This document shows, piece after piece, positions 1 to 12,144 of a stretch of DNA of 64,000 nt. The position numbers were made by a program, and so were the translations under genes. Origin of the DNA: the human T2T-CHM13v2.0 reference genome, Homo sapiens; assembly GCF_009914755.1 (NCBI RefSeq), contig NC_060946.1. The stretch is one strand, 5' to 3'. Under the pieces are notes generated by a model. That model had not been told where the DNA came from and searched no databases. It saw only the letters and a list, made by a program, of their open reading frames with translations. Position 1 is the stretch's first letter. Every line of letters starts with the position of its first letter.

Positions 1-601
1 AGTGGACTTAGAGGCTTAGGGTAGGGCTGGGGTGTCATTTGACTCCCAAACTCTTGGAGAGAATTGACTAACATCAGATTGAGGTTCAGATATTGGGTCC
101 CAAAAATGTCCCCAAGGACTGTGAGGTCCTGGCACTGCCCCACAGGAAATTATGGGCACAGGACAGAACTCTGCTCCTAGGGCTATGGCTGCCTCTAGAC
201 CAGGAGCTCTACAGGAGGGACAGTGACAAGGTCCCATGAATGTGGTTTGCAAGATGGCCTCAGGCCTGCTGTGTGAGTGTGTCTGAGAACAGCAGTGACT
301 GAGCATTCCGTCCTTCCTGCCTCTTCCTACAGTGGTGAGTTTTCCTCTCTCCTCCCTCTGGCCAGGCTTTCCATGCCCGCGCTGCCTTCCGCCTCCGCTG
401 CCTGGCCTTTGACACCCAGTGGCCATGTTGGGCTGTCCTCCTCCTCTCTAGCTGTGCCTTCTGTCCTGTGGGCTCATCCTCTGTCTGGCCACAGGGTGAT
501 GGGTCTGCTCAAGGACAAGGTGCCCTCTTTCTTTATGCCACCCCCATGCCCCATCTGCGTGGTGCCATTTGTACCTGTGGCCTTTTGGGACCCGTGTAGA
601 T

Positions 602-1151
602 AGCTCCGACCTTCCCACCCTGGCTCCTACCCATCCCTGAGCTCCATACTCAGCTCCGACCTTCCCACCCCAGCAACTACCCATCCCTGAGCTCCATGCT
701 CAGCTCCGACCTTCCCACCCCGGCTCCTACCCATCCCTGAGCTCCATGCTCAGCTCCGAGCTTCCCGCCCCAGCTGCTACCCATCCCTGAGCTCCATACT
801 CAGCTCCGACCTTCCCACCCCGGCTCCTACCCATCCCTGAGCTCCATGTTCAGCTCCAAGCTTCCCACCCCAGCTGCTACCCATCCCTGAGCTCCATACT
901 CAGCTCCGACCTTCCCACCCCGGCTCCTACCCATCCCTGAGCTCCACGCTCAGCTCCGAGCTTCCCACCCCAGCTGCTACCCATCCCTGAGCTCCACGCT
1001 CAGCTCCGACCTTCCCACCCCGGCTCCTACCCATCCCTGAGCTCCATGCTCAGCTCCGACCTTCCCACCCCGGCTCCTACCCATCCCTGAGCTCCATGCT
1101 CAGCTCCGACCTTCCCACCCCGGCTCCTACCCATCCCTGAGCTCCATGCTC
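602..1151. repeat. 50-bp minisatellite, 11 copies (AGCTCCGACCTTCCCACCCCGGCTCCTACCCATCCCTGAGCTCCATGCTC)
   Basis: Unit restarts at 602, 652, 702 and so on to about 1102; few substitutions. Confidence 0.97.
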
Positions 1152-1479
1152 TCTCTCTGTCCATCCACCTGTCACAGCACCCGGCCCTGGCTCCACCTCA
1201 CCCAGCTCAGACCCTCTGCTCTATCTGGGAACGGCACCACCACCATCCTGCAGATGATGCCAGAAACCCCAGGCCATCCCTGGCCCTTCCCAAATCCTTC
1301 CCCTCTCCAAAGTCAGTCTAGCACCAAGGTTGACCAGTTCCGTGCCCGGGGCCATCTTTCTGAAGATTGAGTCACCTGCCACCAGCACCTTGCTCTGTCC
1401 ACTCCAGCCCCCGGGTCCGCATCCAACAGGACTCTGAGGAAACCCGTCCTGAACCACCAATGTTTTCACATCCCCTCTT

Positions 1480-1785
1480 TGTTCACACAGCCTTCAGCTT
1501 TTAAAGTCACCTTGTCACAGAAGCCTTTTCTGGTGTCTCAGATGAGGTCAGGCAGGGGTCATGCAGGTGATAGCTAGGGGTCAAATGCTCAGGTAGGGAG
1601 CCTCATACAACCGAGTTTCTCTCCTGAACAAAGCATGCTACAGTTGCAATTTCACACTTGTTCTTATGTATTTGAATAATTCCAGTTTATCCCACCATAG
1701 TGTATACTCCGTGAGGTTGGAGATTACATAAGTTTTCAAACATTGCTGTTTTCTCATTGCTTAACATACGGCCTGCCCATAAGTG
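1480..1785 (+). mobile_element. L2 LINE 3' remnant
   Basis: Degenerate similarity to the L2 3' end (gtcaccttgtcacagaagccttttct ... ctccgtgagg ... ggcctgcccataagtg). Confidence 0.4.
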
Positions 1786-1789
1786 TCTC

Positions 1790-2410
1790 TCCATCTATCT
1801 GTCCCTCCCATCCTCCATCATCCATCCAACCATCCTTCCCTCCCACCCTCCATCATTCATCCATCTGTCCTTCCTACCCTCCATCATCCATTCATCCATT
1901 CATCCCTCCTGCCCTCCATCATCTATCCATCCATCCCTCCCACTTTTCATCAGCCATCCATCCATCTCTCCCACCATCCATCCATCCATCCATCCATCTT
2001 TCCTTCCTACCCCCAATCATCCATTCATCCATCCATCTGTACCTCCCGCCCTCTATCATCTATCCGTCCATCCATCCCTCCCACCTTTCATCATCCATTC
2101 ATCAATCCATCTGTCTCTCCCACCATCCATCCATCCATCCATCCATCCATCCATCCCTCCCTCCCTCCCATCCTCCATCCATCCATCCCTCCCACCTTTC
2201 ATCATCCATCTATCTGTCTCTCCCAGCATCCATCCATCCAATGTCCCTCCCACCCTCCATCATCCATCCATCCATTCATCCATCCACCCCTTCTACCCTC
2301 CATCCATCCACCTGTCCCTCCCACCCTCCATCCATTCATCTATCCATCCATTCACCCGTCCATATACTCACCTGTTGTCCCCTCCCCCATCCATCCACGA
2401 ATTCACCTAT
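1790..2410. repeat. Degenerate (CCAT)n/(TCCC)n simple repeat
   Basis: Continuous ccatccat/ccctcc runs; produces His/Pro/Ser-rich ORFs in all three + frames. Confidence 0.95.
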
Positions 2411-2414
2411 CCTT

Positions 2415-2620
2415 GCAAAAGTTATTGAGTGCTGCATGCCCTGTATGGTTGTTCTCATAGATTAACTGGGTTGATACTCCCAATAAACTTATGGGGAAGT
2501 AATGACTCTTGTTATTAAACACATGTTATAGAAAAAAAACCCCTGAGGCTTATGAAAGGTAAGAACTTGATCAACAAGTGAACATCAGAGCCCCAAATCT
2601 GGATGAATCAGCTCCATGCC
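2415..2620 (-). mobile_element. MIR remnant
   Basis: ttattgagtgct ... cctgaggcttatgaaaggtaagaacttg resembles the antisense MIR core. Confidence 0.45.
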
Positions 2621-3400
2621 CACATCTCTACCCATGAAGCCCTCTCTGCACAGAGACACCGGCACCGACTCTTCCACCATCTCCAAATGAAGGTCTATGT
2701 TCCCCAAGCCTGTCCTGACAAGAAGCTGTACAGAGGATTCTCTGCAGATGAGAATCTCCATCCTGGCTCTTATCTTAGACCCAGTGGAGGAGCCTGGCTA
2801 TACAGTGGCATCACTGTCATATTAGAAATGCACGGGCATCATAACCCTCCTGGTATTATCTGAGTGACTTTCTGTGTCTTAGCTGGTGTCTCTGAGCCTT
2901 GGTTGCTTGTGGTTGGAATGGGGGCTGGAAGCCTGTACATCCTGTGCAAGGAGGGCCTGGGAGACAGCCTGTGAATGGTGGCTCTAGTGTCCTCTTTGTC
3001 TCCTGAAGATCATAGCTTCAGGTGTGGTGCTTGGGGCAAGCCACTGTCCCCTCCATCCTTCAGGGAGTTTAGTGGAATGGAAGCAGATGGATAAACTGGG
3101 GGTGGGGGAGTGGGTACTCAAACCTGCCCAGGCAAGGGGGTGGATGGAGAGATGGTGCAAACTCCGTGCATGGAAAACACGTGATCATGATGGGGAAGGG
3201 GCAGGACGCCTTCGTAGACTTGGGTAGCATGAGGACAGGATTCTGTACTCTCTTCTCACCTACCCCTGCCGGGTGTTTAAAGACTATTGTGTCATTTATT
3301 CCTCCCAAGTGTTCTGCCTGGAAGGTGCTCTGCAGATGAGTAAATTGACCAAGGACACAGCCAGTAATTGCTGGAGTCAGTATCCTGAACCCCAGCCTCC

Positions 3401-3480
3401 CCACCCTCTGGGCAGCTTCTCCACCCTCTGGGCAGCTTCTCCACACTCTGGGCAGCCTCTCCAACCTCCGGGCAGTCTTT
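3401..3480. repeat. 20-bp tandem repeat x4 (CCACCCTCTGGGCAGCTTCT)
   Basis: Units at 3401, 3421, 3441 and 3461, decaying towards the 3' end. Confidence 0.9.
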
Positions 3481-4298
3481 TCACCACATCACACTGCACT
3501 GCACAGTGGGATGAACACAATTCCTGGCAACAAAAAAGGGAAAACTTAAATACATTGGCATGGAAGTGCCAGGCACTTACAACTTAATTTTAGGGCTGGA
3601 GTGGGAGAAGTGGTTGTTGCTGATTTAAAGGACCTGGATGTCTGGCTAAAGAATTTGAACTTCAGCTTGAAGGCAAGGGGAAGCAGGGAGTGTCTTAGCG
3701 GCGGGACGGTGAGCAAAGCTCCTCTGGGGAAGGCGCTCGGATGATGGGACGGAGAGGGGCAGCTGGAGGGAGACGCAGCAGCATTCTGCACCTTCACCTC
3801 ACTCAGTTCTCACAAAGATTTAGGCATGGATATGAGAGTTTCAAACTGTTTCAAAAATGAAACAGTGAAGTGTTGGGTGTAATTTAAATAGATGTGTATT
3901 TTTTAATGTATTAAAAAATCTAGCAACTCCACAAGATAAAAGAGGGCACACAAAGTCATCATATGAACTCGGAAAATCATTGCCGCTCCTGAAAAGAAAC
4001 ACATTCAGATTCCCCAAGGGCTTTTCCATCTTGCTCCACCGAGTGGAAGGGGTTCCAGGAAAAGAAGGAGCATCAGCTCCAGGAAAAGAAGGATATCCTT
4101 GGGAAGTATATCCCAAGACTTCCCCACATGTGGAGAGACGTGACCTGGAAGTGAATGGTCAACCAGAGGAAAAGTTAAGACAAAAAATTATTATGAAGAA
4201 AAACCCTGGCCCACCACTGTAGGATTGCTGCAGAGGAAGAAGGGATATTGAGGACCTACCCTGTGCCAAGCTTCCAGGCTGAATTAAAGGAAGGCCGG

Positions 4299-4683
<385 letters not shown>

Positions 4684-5158
4684 TTAGAAATCTCTTAGCA
4701 GGAGTCAGTGCCTAGGTCCCTCACGGAAGCATCTATGACCGCGGAGGCCACCTCTCCATGTGCCACTGCGTTACTGATGTTGAACAAAATGAACATCAAG
4801 AGCCACAAACCCACAGGGACTCCCTGCCCTGCCACAGCCCAGAGGGCAGAGAAAATGGGTTTTGGATGACGGAGAGCCCAGGAAAGCCATTCCAGCCTGC
4901 ATCAGAGCAAACAGGATGGCCAGAGAGACCAGCGCTTGCAGGAAGATCACATGGAGAGAGAAAGGGTCTTGCGGTGGAGCCAACGCTGGCACAGAAGGAA
5001 ATGGAGGAGAGAGAGAAGGAAAGGGACAGCGGCAAAAAAGAAAGAAAAACAAGTGAACGTTAAACAACAAACTGAAGAAAACATCCCCTATAACAATTGT
5101 CAGTGAATTCGTCAAAGGCTTAATTAGAACAGCGAAGTGATGAACAAAGGTCTGGTAA

Positions 5159-6085
5159 AAATGCCAACTGCATCCATCATGTGCACTAATACACATTTAA
5201 ATGCCAACTGCATCCATCGTGTGCACTAATACACACCTAAATGCCAACTGCATGCATCGTGTGCACTAATACACACCTAAATGCCAACTGCATGCATCGT
5301 GTGCACTAATACACACCTAAATGCCAACTGCATGCATCGTGTGCACTAATACACACCTAAATGCCAACTGCATCCATCGTGTGCACTAATACACACCTAA
5401 ATGCCAACTGCATCCATCGTGTGCACTAATACACACCTGAATGCCAACTGCATCCATCGTGTGCACTAATACACAACTGAATGCCAACTGCATGGATCGT
5501 GTGCACTAATACACACCTGAATGCCAACTGCATCCATCGTGTGCACTAATACACACCTGAATGCCAACTGCATGGATCGTGTGCACTAATACACACCTGA
5601 ATGCCAACTGCATGCATCGTGTGCACTAATACACACCTAAATGCCAACTGCATCCATCGTGTGCACTAATACACACCTAAATGCCAACTGCATCCATCGT
5701 GTGCACTAATACACACCTGAATGCCAACTGCATCCATCATGTGCACTAATACACAACTGAATGCCAACTGCATCCATCGTGTGCACTAATACACACCTGA
5801 ATGCCAACTGCATGGATCGTGTGCACTAATACACACCTGAATGCCAACTGCATGGATCGTGTGCACTAATACACACCTAAATGCCAACTGCATCCATCGT
5901 GTGCACTAATACACACCTAAATGCCAACTGCATCCATCGTGTGCACTAATACACACCTAAATGCCAACTGCATCCATCGTGTGCACTAATACACACCTAA
6001 ATGCCAACTGCATCCATCGTGTGCACTAATACACACCTAAATGCCAACTGCATGCATCGGGTGCACTGACTAGTACACACCTAAA
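5159..6085. repeat. 40-bp minisatellite, about 23 copies (ATGCCAACTGCATCCATCGTGTGCACTAATACACACCTAA)
   Basis: Exact 40-bp period from 5161 to 6041; variants at catc/catg/catgg and ctaa/ctga. Confidence 0.98.
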
Positions 6086-6224
6086 TGTAGAATGAAGATG
6101 AAACAACCTTGGCAATGACAGACCTTAAAAAACAGTACAAATAAAAATAATATAACTAACATAATCCGAAAGAAGCACTGACGTGTGAGAGGAAGGGAAA
6201 ACCGGCTGGTTTCTTCCTCATTCA

Positions 6225-6626
<402 letters not shown>

Positions 6627-7597
6627 TCATACACCCTCATTATCAAACTCTCAATGTTTCTATTTTTTTCTCTTAAAAAGATCTTTAGAAATGAACATTT
6701 CCATGGTAAAGAAATGAAGATCGACCATTCCCTTTGTTTTACTTTATTTTTCATATTAAATATAATTTAAAATAAATCATCTAATTAAAAGCATGAGTAG
6801 AAGGACTTCCCACCCTCCCTGCTGTTCCTCCCACTGACCTCCCACCTGGCTGGTGGAGGCCGTCTGGGGTTGTTTCCTTGTATGAAGGCAAGTTCCTGTT
6901 GGGGGATGAGATTGGGGTGATAATGTTGCTTTCTGTACTAAAAAAAAATTTCCTAATGCACATGTGTAATTTTCACAAAAAAATAAAATAATTGAAATTA
7001 CTAAAGAGAACAAGCAGACGGGTTTTCACCATGGCCTGGGCATGAATACCTCTCTTGACCTTGTTCTAAGGCACATGGGGACTGCTGGGTGGAGCATGGA
7101 TCTGGATAGCAGGCTGAGGTGGAGCCTCCCAGCAATCGGCTTCCAGGAGGGAATGGTGTGCAGGCCAGCACCGCCTCCTCTCCATGGACCACTCAAGGCT
7201 GAGGCTCCAGAGCAGATGCCTGTGCTATTCCTGACTATTCCTGAAGAGATTGGCACCTGCGGGGCCTGAGTGTTTCCCTGCACAGAGGAGAGCAGGGACT
7301 TTGGCGACCCTGGACGCAGCTGGGGACACTGGGCTCGGTTGAGTGCTGTATGAGAGGCCAGTCCTGGTCACAGTAGAATCTGGGGCACATGAAGCTGGGG
7401 ATTAAGGCAAAGACAGCACATCCAGCCTGGCCACATTGTGGTTTCTATATAAGTTCCTGATGGGCAGGCCTGTCTCTGATGGGCCAGCAGCTGCCCCCAT
7501 GCCCCGGCACCCACGCCAGTCATCCAAGGTCTCAGAAGGAAACATCTGAGACACTCCTCCAGCTTTGGAATCATGAACTCAGCTCTTCCTGAAAGTA

Positions 7598-7599
<2 letters not shown>

Positions 7600-7637
<38 letters not shown>

Positions 7638-7700
7638 CCATGTACGTGTGCATGCGTGTGTGTGCCTGTGTGTTTAGTGCTTGGGGTGTGTGTGTTTGTG
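7600..7700. repeat. (TG)n microsatellite
   Basis: About 17 perfect TG units followed by degenerate TG sequence. Confidence 0.95.
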
Positions 7701-8959
7701 GCTTATTGAAACTATGAATTTTACTGAATCAGTAGAGCCGATCATTCTTTCTGCACAAACCTGGTCCCACCTCGGTCATGCCTCTGTCTGACATCTATCA
7801 GTCAATTTATCCATCAATGGTAGAATAAAGTCAATTATCAAAGCTGGCAGTGCGGCCGGCTGCTTTCTTGAAAGTAACAATCAGTCGGGGAGCATGTCTT
7901 GCTAATTCCATCCTGAATCTGCCTTCTTCCCTCTTGGGACAGGTGCCTGCGTCCGCACCCCTTTCCTCTGCCAATGGGGAGACCACAGGCTTCCCTCCCT
8001 GCTTGCGTGGGCTGGACCCCTCCCCACCTCGGCATGGCTTGTATCAGGGGCAGGAAGGTAGCCAGGAGCATCACGCATGTGAAGCAGTAACTATTTTAGT
8101 ACATCCAAGGGAGGGAGCTGCTTCCTGCTTTACACACAGGTCCAACAACATGAAGACGGGAATCTCAAGAAAAACAAAGTTATAAATCACAAATCAAGAT
8201 CATAAAATAAAATCAATATTGAAATAATGGCAGTAAATGGGTGCTTTTGATGTGGTCTGCGTTGTAAGACACAGGGAGAAAATGCCTCTGTAAAACTCTA
8301 ATAAATCGCTTTGTTTAATCACTAGAATATAAATGGAATTTAAAGGGTCATCTGAGAGTCATCCTTTAAAATAACACATTAGCTTTTCTTCTATGACAGT
8401 TTGGGGGAAAGATGCCATTATTTAGAGCTTGTTTACTTCATTTATTTTTAAATTAATAGTTTTTTAGTTTTCTATCTTCAAAAATTTCCTTAAAGCATTC
8501 ATCTACTTTCTCTATTTCCTTTTCCCTAATTTCAGAGAAGAGTTTGTGTCTTTATTTTCCTGTCGTGGATGCAGAGAGCTCCTGCGGGTGTTTACAAAAG
8601 GTCCCTTGGTGTCATTCTGCTTCTTGGCCCTCCATCACTCATGGAATCACAGCTGATGCCTGGGCTCACAGTTCTCCGAGAAATCACTGGTGCCAGGGAA
8701 AGTGTTCTCTGATTGATATAGCACACTTTCTATGTTTCACAGTTCAGCCCAAGCTCTAGCTGCTATTTCTTAAGCAAATGTGTGCTGTCTTCGTGGAGGT
8801 GGCAGTGGAGAAAGGAAAATATCAGCTCTCAGTGATATCACTAACAACACCCAGGGCAACAATTACGCTGGCACGTCCTTTACTCTGGGACCTGCCTGGC
8901 CCTGAGGCCGTGTGGGCTTTGCTGGTCGGGTCCTCCCAGCCCTAAGAGGGGCAGGTCTC

Positions 8960-9085
8960 AGGATCCCATTTTGCAGACCGGGAAGTGGGGTCACCAGACA
9001 AGGACTGCACACTGTCCCACAACAAGGAGTTGTTGGATCCCAGTCCCAAACCCAACGTGTGTGACTTCAGAACTGGTGCTCTGAG
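8960..9085 (-). mobile_element. MIR remnant
   Basis: cccattttgcagaccgggaagtgggg ... cccaaacccaacgtgtgtgacttcaga resembles MIR. Confidence 0.5.
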
Positions 9086-9517
9086 GAGCTTCTCAGTCAC
9101 CATCACTGTGCACTCCCTTAGCAGGGATGGATGTGGAAACTCACTCCTGAATTGGACAACTATTGCTGTTTTCCGTGGAGCTGCCAGAGGGATCATTGTA
9201 GAGCAACGGTCACCAGAGCACCACTCAGCTGTAAACACTCACTGCAACGAAGCTAAACCCAGACGACAGATCTGGCATGGCCTGGCCTCCGCTGCTCCCC
9301 AGCCTGGAGGACTCTGGCCATGCCTCGGGGACATTTCTAGGCTGGAGCATAGACGAGCCAGTGCACGGACCTCCAGTTCTGAGTCCTGCCCTAACACCTG
9401 GGAGGAACGTGTGAGTTGTTGATGAGCCGCGATCTGTAGCCATGCTGGAGGAGTTGGCATGAATGGGAAATCCACCTTTCTTGCAAACTCCGACATGCCA
9501 CTGAGAATTCAGAGTGA

Positions 9518-9975
9518 TAAGCTTAGCCTAAAGCTGCCTCCTCACATAAGTTCAGCCTAAATGGCATGAACCCAGGAGGCGGAGCTTGCAGTGAGCCAAG
9601 ATCACGCCACTGCACTCCAGCCTGGGTGACAGAGCGAGACTCTTTCTGAAAAAAAAAAAAAAAGTCTTTCTGTACACAGTGAACTGTACCAAACTGGACG
9701 TGTAAATAGTCTGTAACCTACTCTTGTGCCAGTCATCGAGTTTTCCCTGATCAAGTAAGACAGACCCTAAGCTGGAGCCAAGTGGCTGCTTCTGGACTGC
9801 GCTCTGTCTTCCGTAAGTCACCCTACTTTTTCTGTTCATAAATCTTCTTTGGTCCCACGGCAGTGCCGGAATCTCCCTGAATCTCTTCTGGTTCGGGAGG
9901 CTGACTGATTCCCGAACCATTCTTTGCTCAGTTAAACTCTGTTAGATTTAATTTGTGTAAAGTTTTTCTTTTAAC
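9518..9975 (+). mobile_element. MER57-like ERV1 solo LTR, interrupted by an Alu fragment
   Basis: gcttagcctaaagctgcctcc ... ctgtaacctactcttgtgcc ... ttaaactctgttagatttaatttgtgtaaagtttttcttttaac matches the recalled MER57 consensus. Confidence 0.8.
9559..9663 (+). mobile_element. 5'-truncated AluY-type fragment
   Basis: AATGGCATGAACCCAGGAGGCGGAGCTTGCAGTGAGCC (AluY-diagnostic bases) plus poly(A). Confidence 0.9.
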
Positions 9976-10679
9976 GAGAGTTAGCTTCTTCCTCCTCCCT
10001 GGCCTCGCCTGTCCTTGCTGATGCGGAAACAGGTTCCAAGAGAGGTGCCTGAGCGCGGTCAGGAAACCTCCAGACGTGGCAGAGCCACGGTGACAAGGAG
10101 ATCCTGTCTCAGGCTGGGGATGTGGGACCCAGGTGTGCAGGCAAAAGAGCTGGGGAAACTGAGGCCTGCAACGGCACAGGGGGAAGCACGAGCACTGTGA
10201 TCAAAGGCTCAACCCTGCGGTCCATTCCCTGCCCACTGTGGGGCCCAGAGCTGTGAGCTTGGATGCCGGTGTCATGAAGTTAAAGCACAAAGCTTCTGAG
10301 TCCCCGTCTGGAGGACAGCTGCCCCGGCACGCTGCCCAGCTGGCCCTGACAGTGTGAGGATAGACTCTCACTGACCCTGCGCTTGAGCTGGACAAGCCTG
10401 TGACTCCCTTCCAGCAACAGAATGTGGCCCCCATGCTGCGTAGTACAGAATCTTCCAGGCCTCTGTCCTGGCACCCCTGCTGCCTGAAGCACCTTCCCCG
10501 AGGAAGAAGCCACCGGTTTGGAGCGGAAGAGGCCAGCCAAGGGGCCGGGGCCTGGGAACGGTGGGTGGCTGTGCTGAAAACCATCTGAATCAATTCAAGT
10601 TGAACTTGAACTGCATTTTATTCCACTGACATCAGAATTGGATCTCCTCTGGGGTTGTGGGAAGGATTCAATATTTAGA

Positions 10680-11000
10680 GACATTAATTACTTCAGCACC
10701 ACATTCTGCCTACTGTACGGTACACATGGGGGACAGGACTCAAATTAAACTGGTCCCTGCTCCTGGGGAAGCCACATTCAAAGAGGAGACAATTGTGAAT
10801 GAAGCTGCCTGGAACATAATGGGGCCGTCTGCAGGGGAAGGCAGGACTAGCTCAACCCTAGGTAATTAAAGGTCTCTGTGAGATGGGTCTTGAGGGTTGA
10901 GTAGGAGCTTAAAAAGCAGTTTGAAGGGATGAGTCTTTCCAGGAAGCAGGAATGACCTGTGCGACCCTGAGGGGGTGCAAAGGACAGAGTGTGCTGGAGA
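10680..11000 (-). mobile_element. L2 remnant
   Basis: ggtccctgctcctggggaagccacattc ... gagatgggtcttgagggttgagtagga resembles antisense L2. Confidence 0.5.
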
Positions 11001-11965
11001 AGGGAAGGAGTGCTTTGTCCTTCATCCTGCCTGGTGGGGCAGGGCCTCCGGGGTACAGACCCCACCACTCGCGTGCACCAGGGGTGACAGCCAGCTCCAT
11101 GCAGATGGCCTCCAAAGCGGTCGCTCCTGGGCTTAGCTTCCCTGAAATTAGAAGCAGACGCCTGTGCACGTGTATTATCAGCTTTCGAACATTGAAGGAA
11201 ACAGCTCTTTTGCAATAACTGGATTCATCATGATACAGATTTTCCCTGTGACCTCTTTATTACTTTTACGCACCACCTTGTATTAAAAAAAAAAAAAGAA
11301 AAAGTCTCAGCCTTCTACTCCCTGCAGCCTGGTTGACTCAGATTTCTTTCACTGTTTCTCCTGTACAAACAGGCAAGGGAATGAACCTCCCCTGCCACGG
11401 TTTCCAAGCATATTAAAATATGGTCACCCCTGCAGAACTCCTAATGTTCTTGTTTAATGTGTCAAAAAAGCAAATGGAATTTTATTTTGCTTTGGCACCA
11501 GTGGAGAAGAATAATCGTGTCCTCATCAGGAGGGCTGGAAGCAGTGTCCATTTGCAAGTCCTGCAGATGGGGGGCCAGGGAGGCTTTGCCTGAGGCTAAA
11601 ATGCCCTCAGAATCCTCTGCCAGTTCCTGGCCCGGAGGCCTGGTGTTAGTTAGCTCTACAGCTACAGAGAGAAATCCTGGAAGATGGCTTCAGGCCCACA
11701 GCTTCCCAGGAAAGGAGGTCAGATGCCATCTCCAAAGTGGTCCTTCCTGGAAGGTTTCAGAGATGATCAACCCCTAAGCAGGGCCCGTGCCTGGTGACTC
11801 TCGGGTCCAGGGATGGCTGGCATATTCCTGGCACCGTCCCTGGGTGGGAGCAAGGGCACCATTTGGTTTTGCCTGGAAATTGGACCTTGGCTCCTTGTTC
11901 CAAACCGAATGTGGCTGAGGAGCACTCAAATAGTTTCAGGAAACACCCTTCAAATTCAGTTTGCT

Positions 11966-12144
11966 GGGTTCAGCAAGTCAAAATACAGGAGGATTAGTTA
12001 CATTTGAATTATAGATAAACAAGGCACTTATTTTTAGTCTAAGCATGTCCTAGGCAATATTGGGGCTAAACTTATAACAAAATTTATTTGTTGTTGACCT
12101 GAAATTCATATGGGACTTAGGTACTGAAATTTACCTGGCAATCT
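11966..12144. mobile_element. MER53 palindromic hAT-type MITE
   Basis: aaaatacagga ... atttgaattatagataaac ... ttgttgacctgaaattca ... ctggcaatct matches the recalled MER53 hairpin consensus. Confidence 0.75.

Noticed and set aside
1743-2465. 220-290 aa His/Pro/Ser-rich ORFs here and at 30097-31180
   Set aside because: Translations of (CCAT)n, open in several frames because the repeat lacks stop codons.
10594-10610. 17-bp palindrome TTCAAGTT-G-AACTTGAA
   Set aside because: One 8-bp-arm palindrome in 64 kb is expected by chance.
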